Assembly (NCBI GenBank): GCA_038902975.1 | Contig: JBCKMZ010000001.1 | Location: forward strand, 14,592 to 78,591 | Origin: Polaromonas sp. | GTDB lineage: Bacteria > Pseudomonadota > Gammaproteobacteria > Burkholderiales > Burkholderiaceae_C | Reading direction: 5' to 3' | DNA: 64,000 bases | Part shown: positions 40,632-54,984 of the stretch, in pieces | How positions within the stretch are numbered: the stretch's first letter is position 1 | How the letters are laid out: the number at the start of each line of letters is the position of its first letter | Notes under the pieces: generated by a model | The model's input: only the letters and a program-made list of their open reading frames with translations | Told to the model about the DNA's origin: nothing | The model's database searches: none | Translations under genes and position numbers: made by a program

Positions 40632-41486
40632 TTATCCCCACACCACAGACCGCATCGAAATCGACCCCATCTGAAAGCTGGTGTTGAAAAACCGCATCCG
40701 TTCGCCGCTATCAACCGCAGCGGCGGTGTACAGCAGCGGTAGGTAGTGCTCGTGCGTGGGTTGCGCCATCTTGGCGACCTGGCCGAGCTTTAGGAAGTTC
40801 TGCAAGGCATCAAGGTTGCCTTGCTGGATGTAGCCGCCAATCGTCTGGTCAAATTCCAGCGCCCAGTCAAAGGCCTGGTTGCCGGTAGCGCCGCGCTGCA
40901 TCTGGCGCAGGTTGTGGACGATGTTGCCGCTGCCGACAATCAGCACGCCGCGATGCCGCAGGCTTTTAAGTTGTTTTGCCAGTGCGTAGTGGTCTTCAGG
41001 CGGGCGGCTGTAGTCCATGCTGAGTTGCAGGATCGGGATGTCCGCTTTCGGGAACATGGGCTTGAGCACCGACCATGCGCCGTGGTCCAGACCCCATTCA
41101 GTCATGTCCAGACCAAGGGGCCGTGAGCCGCGCTGTTTGACTATCTGGCTGATGACCTGCGCCGCTGCCGCATCGCCGGGTGCCGGGTATTGCTCGTCAA
41201 ACAGCTCCTGCGGGAAGCCGCTAAAGTCGTGGATGGTTTTCGGCTGGTCCATGCCCGTGAGCCACCAGCCTTCGGTCAGCCAGTGCGCCGAGATGCACAG
41301 TATCAGTTGCGGCATCGGCATTTTGGAGCCAAACTCAGCGCCCAAGACCTGCCAGCTACGGCGGTATTCGTTGTCGCCAATCGCATTCATGGGGCTGCCA
41401 TGGCCGAGGAACAGCACGGGCAGTCTTTCAGATTTTTTAAGCGCGGCAATGCTCTCGATGGAGCGACAAGCATTGATATCAAGCAT
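40632..41486 (-). CDS. ygiD: 4,5-DOPA dioxygenase extradiol (LigB family)
   Basis: FLGHGSPMN, ISAHW, GLDHGAW, GSGNIVHNL, EHYLPL. Confidence 0.93.
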   Translation of the reverse strand: MLDINACRSIESIAALKKSERLPVLFLGHGSPMNAIGDNEYRRSWQVLGAEFGSKMPMPQLILCISAHWLTEGWWLTGMDQPKTIHDFSGFPQELFDEQYPAPGDAAAAQVISQIVKQRGSRPLGLDMTEWGLDHGAWSVLKPMFPKADIPILQLSMDYSRPPEDHYALAKQLKSLRHRGVLIVGSGNIVHNLRQMQRGATGNQAFDWALEFDQTIGGYIQQGNLDALQNFLKLGQVAKMAQPTHEHYLPLLYTAAAVDSGERMRFFNTSFQMGSISMRSVVWG

Positions 41487-41609
41487 AAGCTGATTTTCCT
41501 TGGGTGGGCTGAGGGCTAGGCGGCGGTGTTTGCCGCGCCTGTTATATTGCACTGCACCATTTAATTTTATATTGTCATCGCCAACCAACCACTCAAAGGT
41601 TTTTTACCC

Positions 41610-42929
41610 ATGCTTTATCAATTCTATGAAACCCAGCGCAGGCTGATGGAGCCGTTTGTTGATTTTGCGCAGGCGGCTTCAAAAATTTATAGCAATCCAC
41701 TATCGCCCGTGGGACAAAACCCGTTTGCCCAGCGCATGGCAGCCGCCTACAGCCTGATTTACCGCCTCGGCAAGGATTACGAAAAACCAGCCTTTGGCAT
41801 ACAGACGATTGATGTTGACGGCACCAGCATCGCCATCCATGAGCGGGTTGAAATCGACAAGCCGTTTTGCGAGCTGCGCCGCTTCAAGCGCTTCTCCGAC
41901 GATACCAACACCCTGGCCAAGCTCAAGGGCCAGCCTGCGGTGCTGATCGTCGCGCCACTCTCGGGCCACTACGCCACGCTGCTGCGCGACACCGTTAAAA
42001 CGATGCTGAAAGAGCATAAGGTCTACACCACCGACTGGAAAAACGCACGTACCGTGCCCTTGTCTGATGGCGCGTTTCACCTCGACGACTACGTCAACTA
42101 TGTGCAGGAGTTCATTCGCCACCTGCAGGGCAAGTACGGCAACTGCCACGTCATCAGCGTCTGCCAGCCGACGGTGCCGGTGCTGGCCGCCATTTCGCTG
42201 ATGGCCTCACGCGGCGAGACCACCCCGCTGTCGATGGTCATGATGGGTGGCCCGATTGATGCACGCAAGTCGCCCACCGCCGTCAACAACCTGGCCACTA
42301 CCAAGCCCTATGAGTGGTTTGAAAACAATGTAATCTTCCCCGTACCGAGCAACTTTGCAGGCGCAGGCCGCCGCGTCTACCCCGGCTTTTTGCAGCACAC
42401 CGGCTTTGTGGCCATGAACCCGGACCGCCACGCCAGCAGCCACTTTGACTACTTCAAAGACCTGATCAAAGGCGACGATGCCAGCGTCGAAGCGCACCGC
42501 AAGTTTTACGACGAGTACAACGCCGTGCTCGACATGGATGCCGACTACTACCTGGAAACCATCAAGACCGTGTTCCAGGAGTTCAAGCTCGTCAATGGCA
42601 CCTGGGACGTGAAGTCGGTGGACGGCCAGCTTGAACGCGTGCGGCCCCAGGACATCACGACCACGGCTCACTTCACGATCGAAGGCGAACTCGACGACAT
42701 CTCCGGCTCCGGCCAGACCGAAGCCGCCCACGGCCTTTGCTACAACGTACCCAAGGCGCGCCAGAAGCATCTGGAAGTCAAAGGCGCAGGCCATTACGGC
42801 ATCTTCAGCGGCAGGCGCTGGCGCGACATGGTCTACCCGGCGGTCAAGGCCTTTATTCTTGACCACAACAAGGCTGGAGCAAGGCCGACGACCAGGCGCG
42901 CAGCGGCCAAAGCAACGCGCAGCAAATAA
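41610..42929 (+). CDS. phaZ: Intracellular polyhydroxyalkanoate depolymerase
   Basis: [35 protein letters not shown]. Confidence 0.95.
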   Translation: MLYQFYETQRRLMEPFVDFAQAASKIYSNPLSPVGQNPFAQRMAAAYSLIYRLGKDYEKPAFGIQTIDVDGTSIAIHERVEIDKPFCELRRFKRFSDDTNTLAKLKGQPAVLIVAPLSGHYATLLRDTVKTMLKEHKVYTTDWKNARTVPLSDGAFHLDDYVNYVQEFIRHLQGKYGNCHVISVCQPTVPVLAAISLMASRGETTPLSMVMMGGPIDARKSPTAVNNLATTKPYEWFENNVIFPVPSNFAGAGRRVYPGFLQHTGFVAMNPDRHASSHFDYFKDLIKGDDASVEAHRKFYDEYNAVLDMDADYYLETIKTVFQEFKLVNGTWDVKSVDGQLERVRPQDITTTAHFTIEGELDDISGSGQTEAAHGLCYNVPKARQKHLEVKGAGHYGIFSGRRWRDMVYPAVKAFILDHNKAGARPTTRRAAAKATRSK

Positions 42930-42933
42930 TGTG

Positions 42934-43626
42934 ATGCCTGCCCCACCGCTGGCCAACACCCCGCTGGCCAGCCGCATACTCGCCGCATTGCCGCAAACGC
43001 AATGCACACGTTGCGGCTACCCGGACTGCGCAGCTTATGCAGATGCCATCGTCACAGGCGCAGCCAGCATCAACCAGTGCCCGCCCGGCGGCGCCGAAGG
43101 CATTGAGCGCCTAGCAGCCATCACAGGCCTTGCCTTGCCAAACGCCCTGAACCCGGCCAAAGGCACAGAAGGCCCACGCTCGGTCGCCATCATTGACGAG
43201 GAATGGTGCATAGGCTGCACCCTGTGCCTGGATGCCTGCCCGACCGACGCGATTGTCGGCAGCAACAAGCTCATGCACACCGTGATCGAGCCGTATTGCA
43301 CCGGTTGCGAACTTTGTCTTCCAGTCTGCCCGGTGGATTGCATCCAGTTGGAAAACGTCAGTAGTGTGGCCACCGGCTGGGATGCCTGGTCAGCGGCGCA
43401 AGCTGACACAGCCCGAACCCGCTATGAATTTCATGGCTTTAGAGGCCTACGGGACAAGGATGAGAACGATAAAAGACTGGAAGAAAAGGCCGTCACCAAA
43501 CTGGCGGACCTGGCCGAACATTCACTGCACACCGATCCGGCCGTGCTGGACAAGAAACGCACCGTGATCGAAGCGGCCCTGGCGCGCGCGCGCGCCAAGC
43601 GGCTGCCCGGCAGCGGCACGTCCTGA
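42934..43626 (+). CDS. rsxB: RnfB/RsxB-like ferredoxin
   Basis: [38 protein letters not shown]. Confidence 0.88.
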   Translation: MPAPPLANTPLASRILAALPQTQCTRCGYPDCAAYADAIVTGAASINQCPPGGAEGIERLAAITGLALPNALNPAKGTEGPRSVAIIDEEWCIGCTLCLDACPTDAIVGSNKLMHTVIEPYCTGCELCLPVCPVDCIQLENVSSVATGWDAWSAAQADTARTRYEFHGFRGLRDKDENDKRLEEKAVTKLADLAEHSLHTDPAVLDKKRTVIEAALARARAKRLPGSGTS

Positions 43627-43643
43627 ACCAGGGCCTGGCGACT

Positions 43644-44117
43644 TCACGCCATTCCGGCGAACGCCGCGACCACTTCAGGCGGTGCCTGCACCATCTCAAT
43701 CAGCACGCCCTCACCGGCAATCGGAAACTCATCATTCGCCTTCGGGTGCATGAAGCAGATGTCAAAACCCGCTGCGCCCTTGCGAATGCCACCTGGCGCA
43801 AAACGCACGCCCTGCGCCGTCAACCATTCCACGGCTTTGGGCAAATCGTCAATCCACAAGCCGACATGATTGAGCGGCGTGGTGTGAACGGCGGGCTTCT
43901 TTTCAATGTCTAGCGGCTGCATCAAGTCCACCTCGACCTTGAACGGCCCACTGCCGATAGCACAGATGTCTTCATCGACGTTCTCGCGTTCGCTGACGAA
44001 ATTGCCAGTCACTTCAAGACCCAGCATGTCTACCCACAGGGTGCGCAGGCGGTCTTTGCTAGTGGCACCTATGGCGATTTGCTGGATGCCCAACACCTTG
44101 AACGGACGGCGGCTCAT
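43644..44117 (-). CDS. VOC-family protein, probable methylmalonyl-CoA epimerase
   Basis: [28 protein letters not shown]; last gene of the mutase/PCC operon. Confidence 0.8.
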   Translation of the reverse strand: MSRRPFKVLGIQQIAIGATSKDRLRTLWVDMLGLEVTGNFVSERENVDEDICAIGSGPFKVEVDLMQPLDIEKKPAVHTTPLNHVGLWIDDLPKAVEWLTAQGVRFAPGGIRKGAAGFDICFMHPKANDEFPIAGEGVLIEMVQAPPEVVAAFAGMA

Positions 44118-46174
44118 ACAAACTCCACAATCGGCTGATCCACGCTGAGTGATTCGCCTTTGTTGGCCAGCACCTTGCCAACGACACCGTCGACAATAGC
44201 GAATAAAACGTTTTCCATCTTCATCGCTTCAATCACCGCCACACGCTCACCAGCCTGCACTTTCTGGCCGACCTGAACCGACACTTCGGCCAGCAGACCA
44301 GGCATGGGCGAGAGCACAAAACGGCTCATGTCGGGCGGCGCTTTAAACGGCATCAGCGCGTGCAGCGCGGCTGCGCGCGGCGACAACACCAGCGCATCAA
44401 GCCGGGTGCCGTTATGCGCAATGCGGATAGCCAGCGGATTCTTCACGGAACCATGTCCAACACCGCGCTCGACCTGCGCTGTAAACGGTTTGCCGTTCAC
44501 TGTACCGCGTATGCGCGCACCACCCAAGTGCCAGTTGCTACAAATTTCGTAGCTGCTCACGCCCACATCTATTGCGCTGGAGCCTGTTTTTGCCTCGTAA
44601 TCACGTACCGTCACGGCCTGGTGGGTATTTTTTCCGCCTGGCCCAAGGCCTATCACCACAAACTCCTCACCCACTTCAACGCCATGCCCTGGCAGTTGCC
44701 CGCTGATGCCCGCCGCACGGCCCAACTGGCGGCGGTTGACGTAAGCCGCCAGCGCCACCAGAAAGTCCGGGTCATCGTGCGCAACGTCTTCTGCGCGAAA
44801 GCCCTGGCTATAGTTCTCGGCAATAAAGCCGGTGTTGAAGTCACCCGCCACAAACTTCGGGTGCGCCAGCAAGGCCGACTGGAACGGGATATTGCTGGAG
44901 ATGCCGCGAATCACGAAACCATTAAGCGCCTCGCGCATTTTTGCAATCGCGTCCAGCCTGTCCTTGCCATGCACGATGAGCTTGGCAATCATCGAGTCGT
45001 AAAACATCGGTATCTCGCCGCCGTCCTGCACGCCGGTATCGACACGCACGCCGTAGAGGTGTGCGGTGTCGGCGGCAAACATGGTTTCTTTTGGCGGCTG
45101 AAAGCGTACCAGTCGGCCTGTGGAAGGCAAAAAATTGCGAAACGGATCTTCAGCATTGATGCGGCACTCGATAGCCCAGCCATCGCGCTTGACCTGGCTT
45201 TGAGTCAAAGGCAGCTTCTCACCCGCCGCCACACGAATCATCAGCTCAACCAGGTCCAGCCCGGTGATGCATTCCGTCACCGGGTGCTCGACCTGCAGGC
45301 GGGTGTTCATTTCCAGAAAGTAAAAGCTCTGGTCTTTGCCGACCACAAACTCGACCGTGCCGGCGCTCTGGTAGTTGACGGCCTTGGCCAGCAGCACCGC
45401 CTGCTCGCCCATGGCCTTGCGCGTGGCCTCGCTGATAAAGGGTGATGGCGCTTCTTCAATCACCTTCTGGTGGCGGCGCTGGATCGAGCATTCGCGTTCG
45501 TTGAGATAAATCACATTGCCCTGGCTGTCCCCAATCAGCTGAATCTCGATGTGGCGTGGCTCTTGAATAAATTTTTCAATGAAGACGCGGTCATCGCCAA
45601 AGCTGCTCTGCGCTTCGTTGCGGCAGGACGTGAAACCTTCAAGCGCCTCTTTGTCATTGAAGGCCACGCGCAAGCCCTTGCCACCACCGCCAGCGCTGGC
45701 TTTAATCATCACCGGATAGCCAATGCCTTTTGCAATTTCAACGGCGCGCTCAGGCGTTTCAATCGCGTCGTTCACGCCTGGAATGCAGTTGACTCCGGCA
45801 GCACCCGCCAGTTTTTTCGATCCAATCTTGTCGCCCATGGTGGCAATTGAATCATGCTTGGGGCCAATGAAAATAATGCCCTCTTCTTCAACCCGCTTGG
45901 CGAAACTCGCGTTCTCGCTGAGGAAACCATAACCTGGATGCACAGCTTCTGCGCCAGTCTGCTTGCACGCTGCAATGATTTTTTCGGCCTGCAAATAGCT
46001 GTCACGACTCGGTGCCGGGCCGATGTTGATGGCCTCATCGGCCAGCTCGACATGGCGCGCATCCTTGTCGGCGTCGGAATACACCGCGACGGTTTTGATG
46101 CCCATCTTGCGGGCGGTAAGGATGACGCGGCAGGCGATTTCACCCCGATTTGCAATCAGAATCTTATTAAACAT
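44114..46174 (-). CDS. pccA: Propionyl-CoA carboxylase alpha subunit
   Basis: [40 protein letters not shown] biotin site. Confidence 0.95.
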   Translation of the reverse strand: MFNKILIANRGEIACRVILTARKMGIKTVAVYSDADKDARHVELADEAINIGPAPSRDSYLQAEKIIAACKQTGAEAVHPGYGFLSENASFAKRVEEEGIIFIGPKHDSIATMGDKIGSKKLAGAAGVNCIPGVNDAIETPERAVEIAKGIGYPVMIKASAGGGGKGLRVAFNDKEALEGFTSCRNEAQSSFGDDRVFIEKFIQEPRHIEIQLIGDSQGNVIYLNERECSIQRRHQKVIEEAPSPFISEATRKAMGEQAVLLAKAVNYQSAGTVEFVVGKDQSFYFLEMNTRLQVEHPVTECITGLDLVELMIRVAAGEKLPLTQSQVKRDGWAIECRINAEDPFRNFLPSTGRLVRFQPPKETMFAADTAHLYGVRVDTGVQDGGEIPMFYDSMIAKLIVHGKDRLDAIAKMREALNGFVIRGISSNIPFQSALLAHPKFVAGDFNTGFIAENYSQGFRAEDVAHDDPDFLVALAAYVNRRQLGRAAGISGQLPGHGVEVGEEFVVIGLGPGGKNTHQAVTVRDYEAKTGSSAIDVGVSSYEICSNWHLGGARIRGTVNGKPFTAQVERGVGHGSVKNPLAIRIAHNGTRLDALVLSPRAAALHALMPFKAPPDMSRFVLSPMPGLLAEVSVQVGQKVQAGERVAVIEAMKMENVLFAIVDGVVGKVLANKGESLSVDQPIVEFV

Positions 46175-46295
46175 GGCCAGTCTCCATCGGGTTGAAATCG
46201 CCTGCATGCGCTTCGCGCACCATGCAATTTAGCTTCGCTGCTGCGCCGCTTTGCGACTGGTCACCTCGGTTGGCGATTAGTATTTTGGTAAACAT
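46167..46295 (-). CDS. 42-aa leader ORF duplicating the PccA N-terminus
   Basis: AGGAGAG RBS; [42 protein letters not shown]; the end overlaps the pccA ATG. Confidence 0.55.
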   Translation of the reverse strand: MFTKILIANRGDQSQSGAAAKLNCMVREAHAGDFNPMETGHV

Positions 46296-46393
46296 AGTGC
46301 TCTCCTAACGTTATTTGGTCAGCGAATGTTGGAATTCGTTGTGGTACTGAGCCTGTCATGTTGACGGTGCTCCAAGGTTTTCTTCTGGGCCCG

Positions 46394-46643
46394 CAACAGG
46401 CTGGGGGTATCTGTCTCCGCTCATGTCCCCCGTCGAAAGGCTCCCGCCTTTGGACTCCTCCTTTACTTCGCTACGACAGACACCTCCAACCTGATGCTGC
46501 GAAGTGCTGACCTTGTATTTCGCATTGGAATACCAAGTGGCCGGGATCGGGCTGCCTGGGTGTTCTGCGCAGGTAAAGGAGGAGGCCGCAGGCCGGGGGA
46601 CACGGAGCAGAGCACCCGGGCAGCCCGATCCAGCGCGATATAA
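46394..46643. repeat. Double-hairpin repeat block, copy 1
   Basis: Hairpin A (ggctgggggtatctgt...acagacacctccaacc) and hairpin B (gatcgggctgcctgggtg...cacccgggcagcccgatc); highly similar to 47186-47436. Confidence 0.9.
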
Positions 46644-47066
46644 CGTAAAAGTAAGGGGCTGCGCGCTTTTGCGGAGTCCCGCTTGAGCGCCGTTAGGCAT
46701 AACCTTTACTCGCTTGGTCTTTAATGTGGCATTCATGACAAACCAACCGCACGTTGTTTTCGACGTAACCGAGATAGGCCTCGGTACGGTCAAGCTCGGA
46801 ACCCTTTTGAGGCATGGGATGATTGCAAAGCGCGCAATTGCCGCTTTGCTTGGCCCACATGAGGGCTTTAAGTTTGTTTCTTACTGCCGGTGTGCTGCGC
46901 TCAATATAAACCAGTTCTTTGGCAAGCTTTCTCCGAAGCGCCCACATTAGGCGGGCATCGCCACCTGATAATGAGTGAAGCTCTGTTTTGACACGCTCAA
47001 AGAGCGGAGCAAACAGTTGTTCACGTTGCTCTTTGGTTAATTGTGGATTGCCCATGTGCTGCCCAA
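46644..47066 (-). mobile_element. Single integron gene cassette inserted outside an integron
   Basis: Starts G/TTGGGC, ends with attC GCCTAAC...ttttacG/TTATAT (46638-46698); absent from the duplicate copy of the flank. Confidence 0.82.
46693..47055 (-). CDS. HNH/His-Me-finger-like Zn-binding protein, 120 aa (cassette gene)
   Basis: CALC ... ELDR...GYVENNVRLVCHECH; stop TAA lies inside the attC inverse core. Confidence 0.7.
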   Translation of the reverse strand: MGNPQLTKEQREQLFAPLFERVKTELHSLSGGDARLMWALRRKLAKELVYIERSTPAVRNKLKALMWAKQSGNCALCNHPMPQKGSELDRTEAYLGYVENNVRLVCHECHIKDQASKGYA

Positions 47067-47089
47067 CTTCATATAAAGCCCCAATGGGA

Positions 47090-47192
47090 GTTACAACGGT
47101 ATATTCCCATGCTTGCGCCACGGGTTCTCAAGTTTCTTGTCCTTGAGCATGACCAGCGAACGGCAGATGCGCTTGCGGGTTTCGTGCAGCAA
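47090..47192 (-). pseudogene. Duplicated 3' end of pccB (last ~33 codons)
   Basis: Encodes [31 protein letters not shown], same as the PccB tail at 47460-47562. Confidence 0.92.
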
Positions 47193-47436
47193 GCTGGGCG
47201 TATCTGTCTCCGCTCATGTCCCCCGTCCAAAGGCTCCCACCTTTGGACTCCTCCTTGACTTCGCTGCAACAGATACCCCCAGCCTGCTGCTGCGAAGTGC
47301 TGACCTTGTATTTCGCATTGGAATACCAAGTGGCCGGGATCGGGCTGCCTGGGTGTTCTGCGCAGGTAAAGGAGGAGGCCGCAGGCCGGGGGACACGAAG
47401 CAAAGCACCCGGGCAGCCCGATCCAGCGCGATACAA
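47186..47436. repeat. Double-hairpin repeat block, copy 2
   Basis: Same layout as 46394-46643. Confidence 0.9.
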
Positions 47437-47459
47437 CTTCATATGGAGCCCAATGGAAG

Positions 47460-48992
47460 TCACAACGGAATATTCCCGTGCTTACGCCATGGGTTCTCAA
47501 GTTTCTTGTCCTTGAGCATCACCAGCGAGCGGCAGATGCGCTTGCGGGTTTCGTGCGGCAAGATCACGTCATCAATATAACCACGTGCGCTGGCCACAAA
47601 CGGATTGGCAAAGCGGGCTTTGTATTCGGCTTCGCGTGCAGCTAACTTCACTGGATCACCCTTGTCTTCGCGGAAGATGATTTCAACTGCACCCTTGGCA
47701 CCCATCACGGCAATCTCGGCATTCGGCCAGGCGAAGTTGACATCGCCGCGCAAATGTTTGGATGACATCACGTCATACGCGCCGCCATAGGCCTTGCGCG
47801 TGATGACGGTAATTTTTGGTACCGTGCACTCGGCATACGCATACAGCAACTTCGCACCATGCTTGATGATGCCGCCGTATTCTTGTGATGTACCGGGCAT
47901 GAAGCCGGGCACATCGACAAACGTGATGACGGGGATATTGAAGGCATCGCAAAAGCGCACAAAGCGCGCCGCCTTAATGGCGCTTTTGATGTCGAGGCAA
48001 CCGGCCAGCACCAGCGGCTGGTTGGCGACAATGCCCACGCTCTGGCCTTCCATGCGGGCAAAACCGATGATGATGTTCTTCGCGTACTCCGGCTGAATTT
48101 CAAAAAAATCACCGTCATCAACCGTTTTGGCAATCAGTTCCTTCATGTCGTAAGGCTTGTTGGCGTTCTCTGGTACCAGCGTGTCCAGACTCAAGTCCAT
48201 GCGATTGGCCGGGTCGGCACTCGGGCGCACCGGGGCTTTCTCGCGGTTATTCAGCGGCAGGTAGTTATAAAGGCGGCGCAGCATCAAGAGCGCTTCAACA
48301 TCGTTCTCGAAAGCCAAGTCTGCCACGCCGCTTTTGGTGGTGTGCGTAATCGCTCCCCCCAGTTCTTCGGCGCTGACTTCTTCATGCGTCACGGTTTTAA
48401 CAACTTCAGGGCCGGTCACAAACATATAGCTTGAGTCTTTGACCATGAAGATGAAGTCAGTCATGGCGGGTGAATACACCGCACCACCCGCGCACGGCCC
48501 CATGATCATGCTGATCTGCGGAATCACGCCGCTGGCCATCACATTGCGCTGGAACACATCGGCATAACCGCCCAGTGATGCCACGCCTTCCTGGATGCGC
48601 GCGCCGCCGGAATCGTTCAGGCCAATCACTGGCGCACCGACTTTCATGGCCTGGTCCATCACCTTGCAAATTTTCTCGGCATGGGCTTCACTCAATGCAC
48701 CGCCGAACACGGTGAAGTCCTGGCTGTAGACAAACACCAATCGGCCGTTGATCATGCCGTAGCCGGTGACTACGCCGTCGCCGGGGATTTTTTGTGTCTC
48801 CATGCCGAAGTCGGTGCAGCGGTGTTCAACGAACATGTCCCACTCTTCAAACGTGCCTTCGTCCAGCAGTACCTCCAGCCGCTCACGCGCGGTGAGCTTG
48901 CCCTTGCCGTGCTGCACATCAATGCGTTTTTGCCCACCGCCCAAACGCGCTGCGCTTCGCTTTTTTTCCAACTGTTGAAGAATATCTTGCAT
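47460..48992 (-). CDS. pccB: Propionyl-CoA carboxylase beta subunit
   Basis: [42 protein letters not shown]. Confidence 0.96.
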   Translation of the reverse strand: MQDILQQLEKKRSAARLGGGQKRIDVQHGKGKLTARERLEVLLDEGTFEEWDMFVEHRCTDFGMETQKIPGDGVVTGYGMINGRLVFVYSQDFTVFGGALSEAHAEKICKVMDQAMKVGAPVIGLNDSGGARIQEGVASLGGYADVFQRNVMASGVIPQISMIMGPCAGGAVYSPAMTDFIFMVKDSSYMFVTGPEVVKTVTHEEVSAEELGGAITHTTKSGVADLAFENDVEALLMLRRLYNYLPLNNREKAPVRPSADPANRMDLSLDTLVPENANKPYDMKELIAKTVDDGDFFEIQPEYAKNIIIGFARMEGQSVGIVANQPLVLAGCLDIKSAIKAARFVRFCDAFNIPVITFVDVPGFMPGTSQEYGGIIKHGAKLLYAYAECTVPKITVITRKAYGGAYDVMSSKHLRGDVNFAWPNAEIAVMGAKGAVEIIFREDKGDPVKLAAREAEYKARFANPFVASARGYIDDVILPHETRKRICRSLVMLKDKKLENPWRKHGNIPL

Positions 48993-49040
48993 GGTTTACT
49001 TCTCTGGCTTATTTCAATATGCTATCTAATTAATAGCTGG

Positions 49041-50111
<1,071 letters not shown>

Positions 50112-50145
50112 CGCTGTCCTGAATTCTGATTTCACCCCGGTTTCC

Positions 50146-52296
<2,151 letters not shown>

Positions 52297-52299
52297 ACG

Positions 52300-52444
52300 T
52301 TCGAGTTTACTCAAAAGCGGGCGCATTGAAGAGTCGCTGACCGAGCACAAGGCCATCATGCAGGCGCTGTCAAGTCGCAACGCCAAAGCCGCCATGCAGC
52401 GTATGCGCGAGCATTTCAGGAACGGACTGGAAGCGGCGGCTTAA
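52300..52444 (+). pseudogene. 3' remnant of a GntR (FCD-domain) regulator
   Basis: [47 protein letters not shown]; EH..I..AL...M..H pattern; no start or HTH. Confidence 0.75.
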
Positions 52445-53351
52445 CGGAACGCCCGGACGCGTTGGTCACCAGAAACACGCCAGGCAGAATCAGAAGTGCC
52501 CCCATCGCATGGTGCCAGCCAAGCGGCTCGTCAAGCACGCCCCAGGCAACCACAGCAGCATACATCGGGCCAAGGTACAAGGCCACGGCCACCCGGCTGG
52601 CACCAAGAATTTTTTGTGCCCAGCCGTAAATCCAGTAAGCGCCCAGTCCGGGTATCAGCGCAGCCAGCAGCACCAAACCGAATGCGGATCCGCTCCACCG
52701 CGGCGCATCGGGTTGCAACGCCTCCCAGAGCGCAAACGGCAGCAGAACCAGCACGCCGCCCACGCAAATCGCCGCAAGCCGCGCTGTCGCGCTCAGGGGA
52801 CTGGGCCACTTTTTTTGCAGCAAGGCGTAAGCCGCCCAAGCCACGGCTGCAGCCACGATCCAGGCATCCCCCGCCACAAATTGAACCTCCGTCAGCGCCA
52901 TCCAGTGGCCTTTGACAATGACATGCATCACACCAACCAGTGCCAACACCAGCCCCAGACCCTGGCGCACGCCAAAACGCTCGCCCAGCCAAAACACGGC
53001 ACCCAGGCCGATCAGCACGGGGGATGCGGAGTAAATCAGGGAGATGTTCATAGCACCGGTGGAGCGCGCACCCTGGTAAACCCAGGCGCCACAAATCAGC
53101 ATGCCCAGCGTGCCCAAAACCAGGTATTGCCACCAGTCCTGGGCCAGATTTGCACGCTCACGCCAGAGCTCGGAGCGCGCCATCGCCAACAACACGATCG
53201 CTGCGAGCGCCCAGCGCCCCAGAGCCAGCAGGTAAGGATCAATCACGCCGGGCGCCTTTCGCGCCACGATGTAGTTGACCGTCCACAAGGCCGGCACCAG
53301 CCAGAGCAGGCCTAATGCCAGGCGCGCAGACCGCTGCCCCGAGTCAGGCAT
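52416..53351 (-). CDS. DMT/EamA family transporter
   Basis: About 10 TM helices, two EamA repeats (GERFG, LDEPLG). Confidence 0.9.
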   Translation of the reverse strand: MPDSGQRSARLALGLLWLVPALWTVNYIVARKAPGVIDPYLLALGRWALAAIVLLAMARSELWRERANLAQDWWQYLVLGTLGMLICGAWVYQGARSTGAMNISLIYSASPVLIGLGAVFWLGERFGVRQGLGLVLALVGVMHVIVKGHWMALTEVQFVAGDAWIVAAAVAWAAYALLQKKWPSPLSATARLAAICVGGVLVLLPFALWEALQPDAPRWSGSAFGLVLLAALIPGLGAYWIYGWAQKILGASRVAVALYLGPMYAAVVAWGVLDEPLGWHHAMGALLILPGVFLVTNASGRSVKPPLPVRS

Positions 53352-54387
53352 GCACCGCTTCGTCGAACTGCACATCGTGACGGATGCCCTCGTGAGCCTT
53401 CTGCATCACACCATGCGGCGACTCATCGCGCAGGCGATGGTCGCTCCACACCTGGCGCCAGCGGCGGCTGCCTACCATGCCGTGGCGCAGGCCCAGCATG
53501 TGCCTGGCAATGGCGCTCCATGGCGTGCCGTGCATTGCAAACTGCACCGCCATGTAGTCGCACATTTGCGCTTCAATGCTTTCACGGGTTACGCTGGGGG
53601 CCGTCTGGGCGGTAGCGCCAAAAAACGCTGCGTCCCAATCGGCCATGACCCACGGGTTGTGATACGCCTCACGCCCGACCATCACACCATCGACGTGCTG
53701 TAGTTCGTCCGCAATCTGGCTGGCTGTGGTGATGCCGCCATTGATGACGATGGTTAGCTCGGGAAAGTCGCGCTTGAGTTGATGCACCATCTGATAACGC
53801 AAGGGTGGTACTTCGCGGTTTTCTTTCGGGCTTAGGCCTTTGAGCCAGGCATTGCGCGCGTGGATGATGAAGGTGTTGCAACCGGCTTGGCTTACCGTAC
53901 CAATAAAGTCACGCACGAATTCATAGCTCTCGCTTTTGTCGATGCCGATGCGATGCTTGACGGTGACGGGCACAGTCACCACATCTGCCATCGCCTTGAC
54001 ACAGTCGGCCACCAGTTGTGGCTCGGCCATCAGGCAGGCGCCAAACGATCCGCGCTGCACGCGCTCACTAGGGCAGCCGCAGTTGAGGTTGATCTCGTTG
54101 TAGCCCCACTGCTCGCCGAGTTTGGCGCATTGCGCCAGGTCGTTGGGCTCGCTGCCGCCGAGTTGCAGCGCTACCGGGTGCTCTTCTGCGTTAAAACGCA
54201 GGTGGCGCTCCACGTCGCCATGCACCAGCGCGCCAGTCGTCACCATCTCGGTGTAGAGCAGCGCGTGGCGACTGAGCAGCCTGTGAAAGTAGCGGCAATG
54301 CCTGTCGGTCCAGTTCATCATAGGGGCCACGGACAAGCGCCATGGGCTTGCAGCATGCGAGGGCAACGCTGCGGTGGGGTCTACCAT
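53344..54387 (-). CDS. dusA: tRNA-dihydrouridine synthase A
   Basis: SVAPMMNWTDRHCR, NLNCGCPSERVQ, IHARNAWLKGLSPKENR. Confidence 0.96.
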   Translation of the reverse strand: MVDPTAALPSHAASPWRLSVAPMMNWTDRHCRYFHRLLSRHALLYTEMVTTGALVHGDVERHLRFNAEEHPVALQLGGSEPNDLAQCAKLGEQWGYNEINLNCGCPSERVQRGSFGACLMAEPQLVADCVKAMADVVTVPVTVKHRIGIDKSESYEFVRDFIGTVSQAGCNTFIIHARNAWLKGLSPKENREVPPLRYQMVHQLKRDFPELTIVINGGITTASQIADELQHVDGVMVGREAYHNPWVMADWDAAFFGATAQTAPSVTRESIEAQMCDYMAVQFAMHGTPWSAIARHMLGLRHGMVGSRRWRQVWSDHRLRDESPHGVMQKAHEGIRHDVQFDEAVHA

Positions 54388-54409
54388 TGAGACCTGACCC
54401 CAAATTTCC

Positions 54410-54410
<1 letters not shown>
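54388..54410. repeat. REP half-site (ggggtcagac family)
   Basis: tgagacctgaccccaaatttcct. Confidence 0.55.
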
Positions 54411-54896
<486 letters not shown>

Positions 54897-54984
54897 ACGC
54901 AAAAGTATAGACCATAGCCATCCTTGCAAACAAGGACTCAACTGAGTCGGGTCATAGATGCAAGCATCTAACACGACGAGTGTG

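Noticed and set aside
42934-43626. Orphan rnfB as a novel system
   Set aside because: A stand-alone rsxB-like gene beside phaZ is, to my knowledge, common in Burkholderiales
46394-47562. CRISPR array or DGR template/variable repeat pair
   Set aside because: Only two long units with no spacers; differences are silent-site, not adenine-specific, and the only RT nearby is a broken group II intron ORF
46356-47580. ORFs predicted across the hairpin repeats (46356-46793, 47069-47500, 47113-47580)
   Set aside because: They are translations of non-coding palindromic repeats and of the pccB tail in other frames
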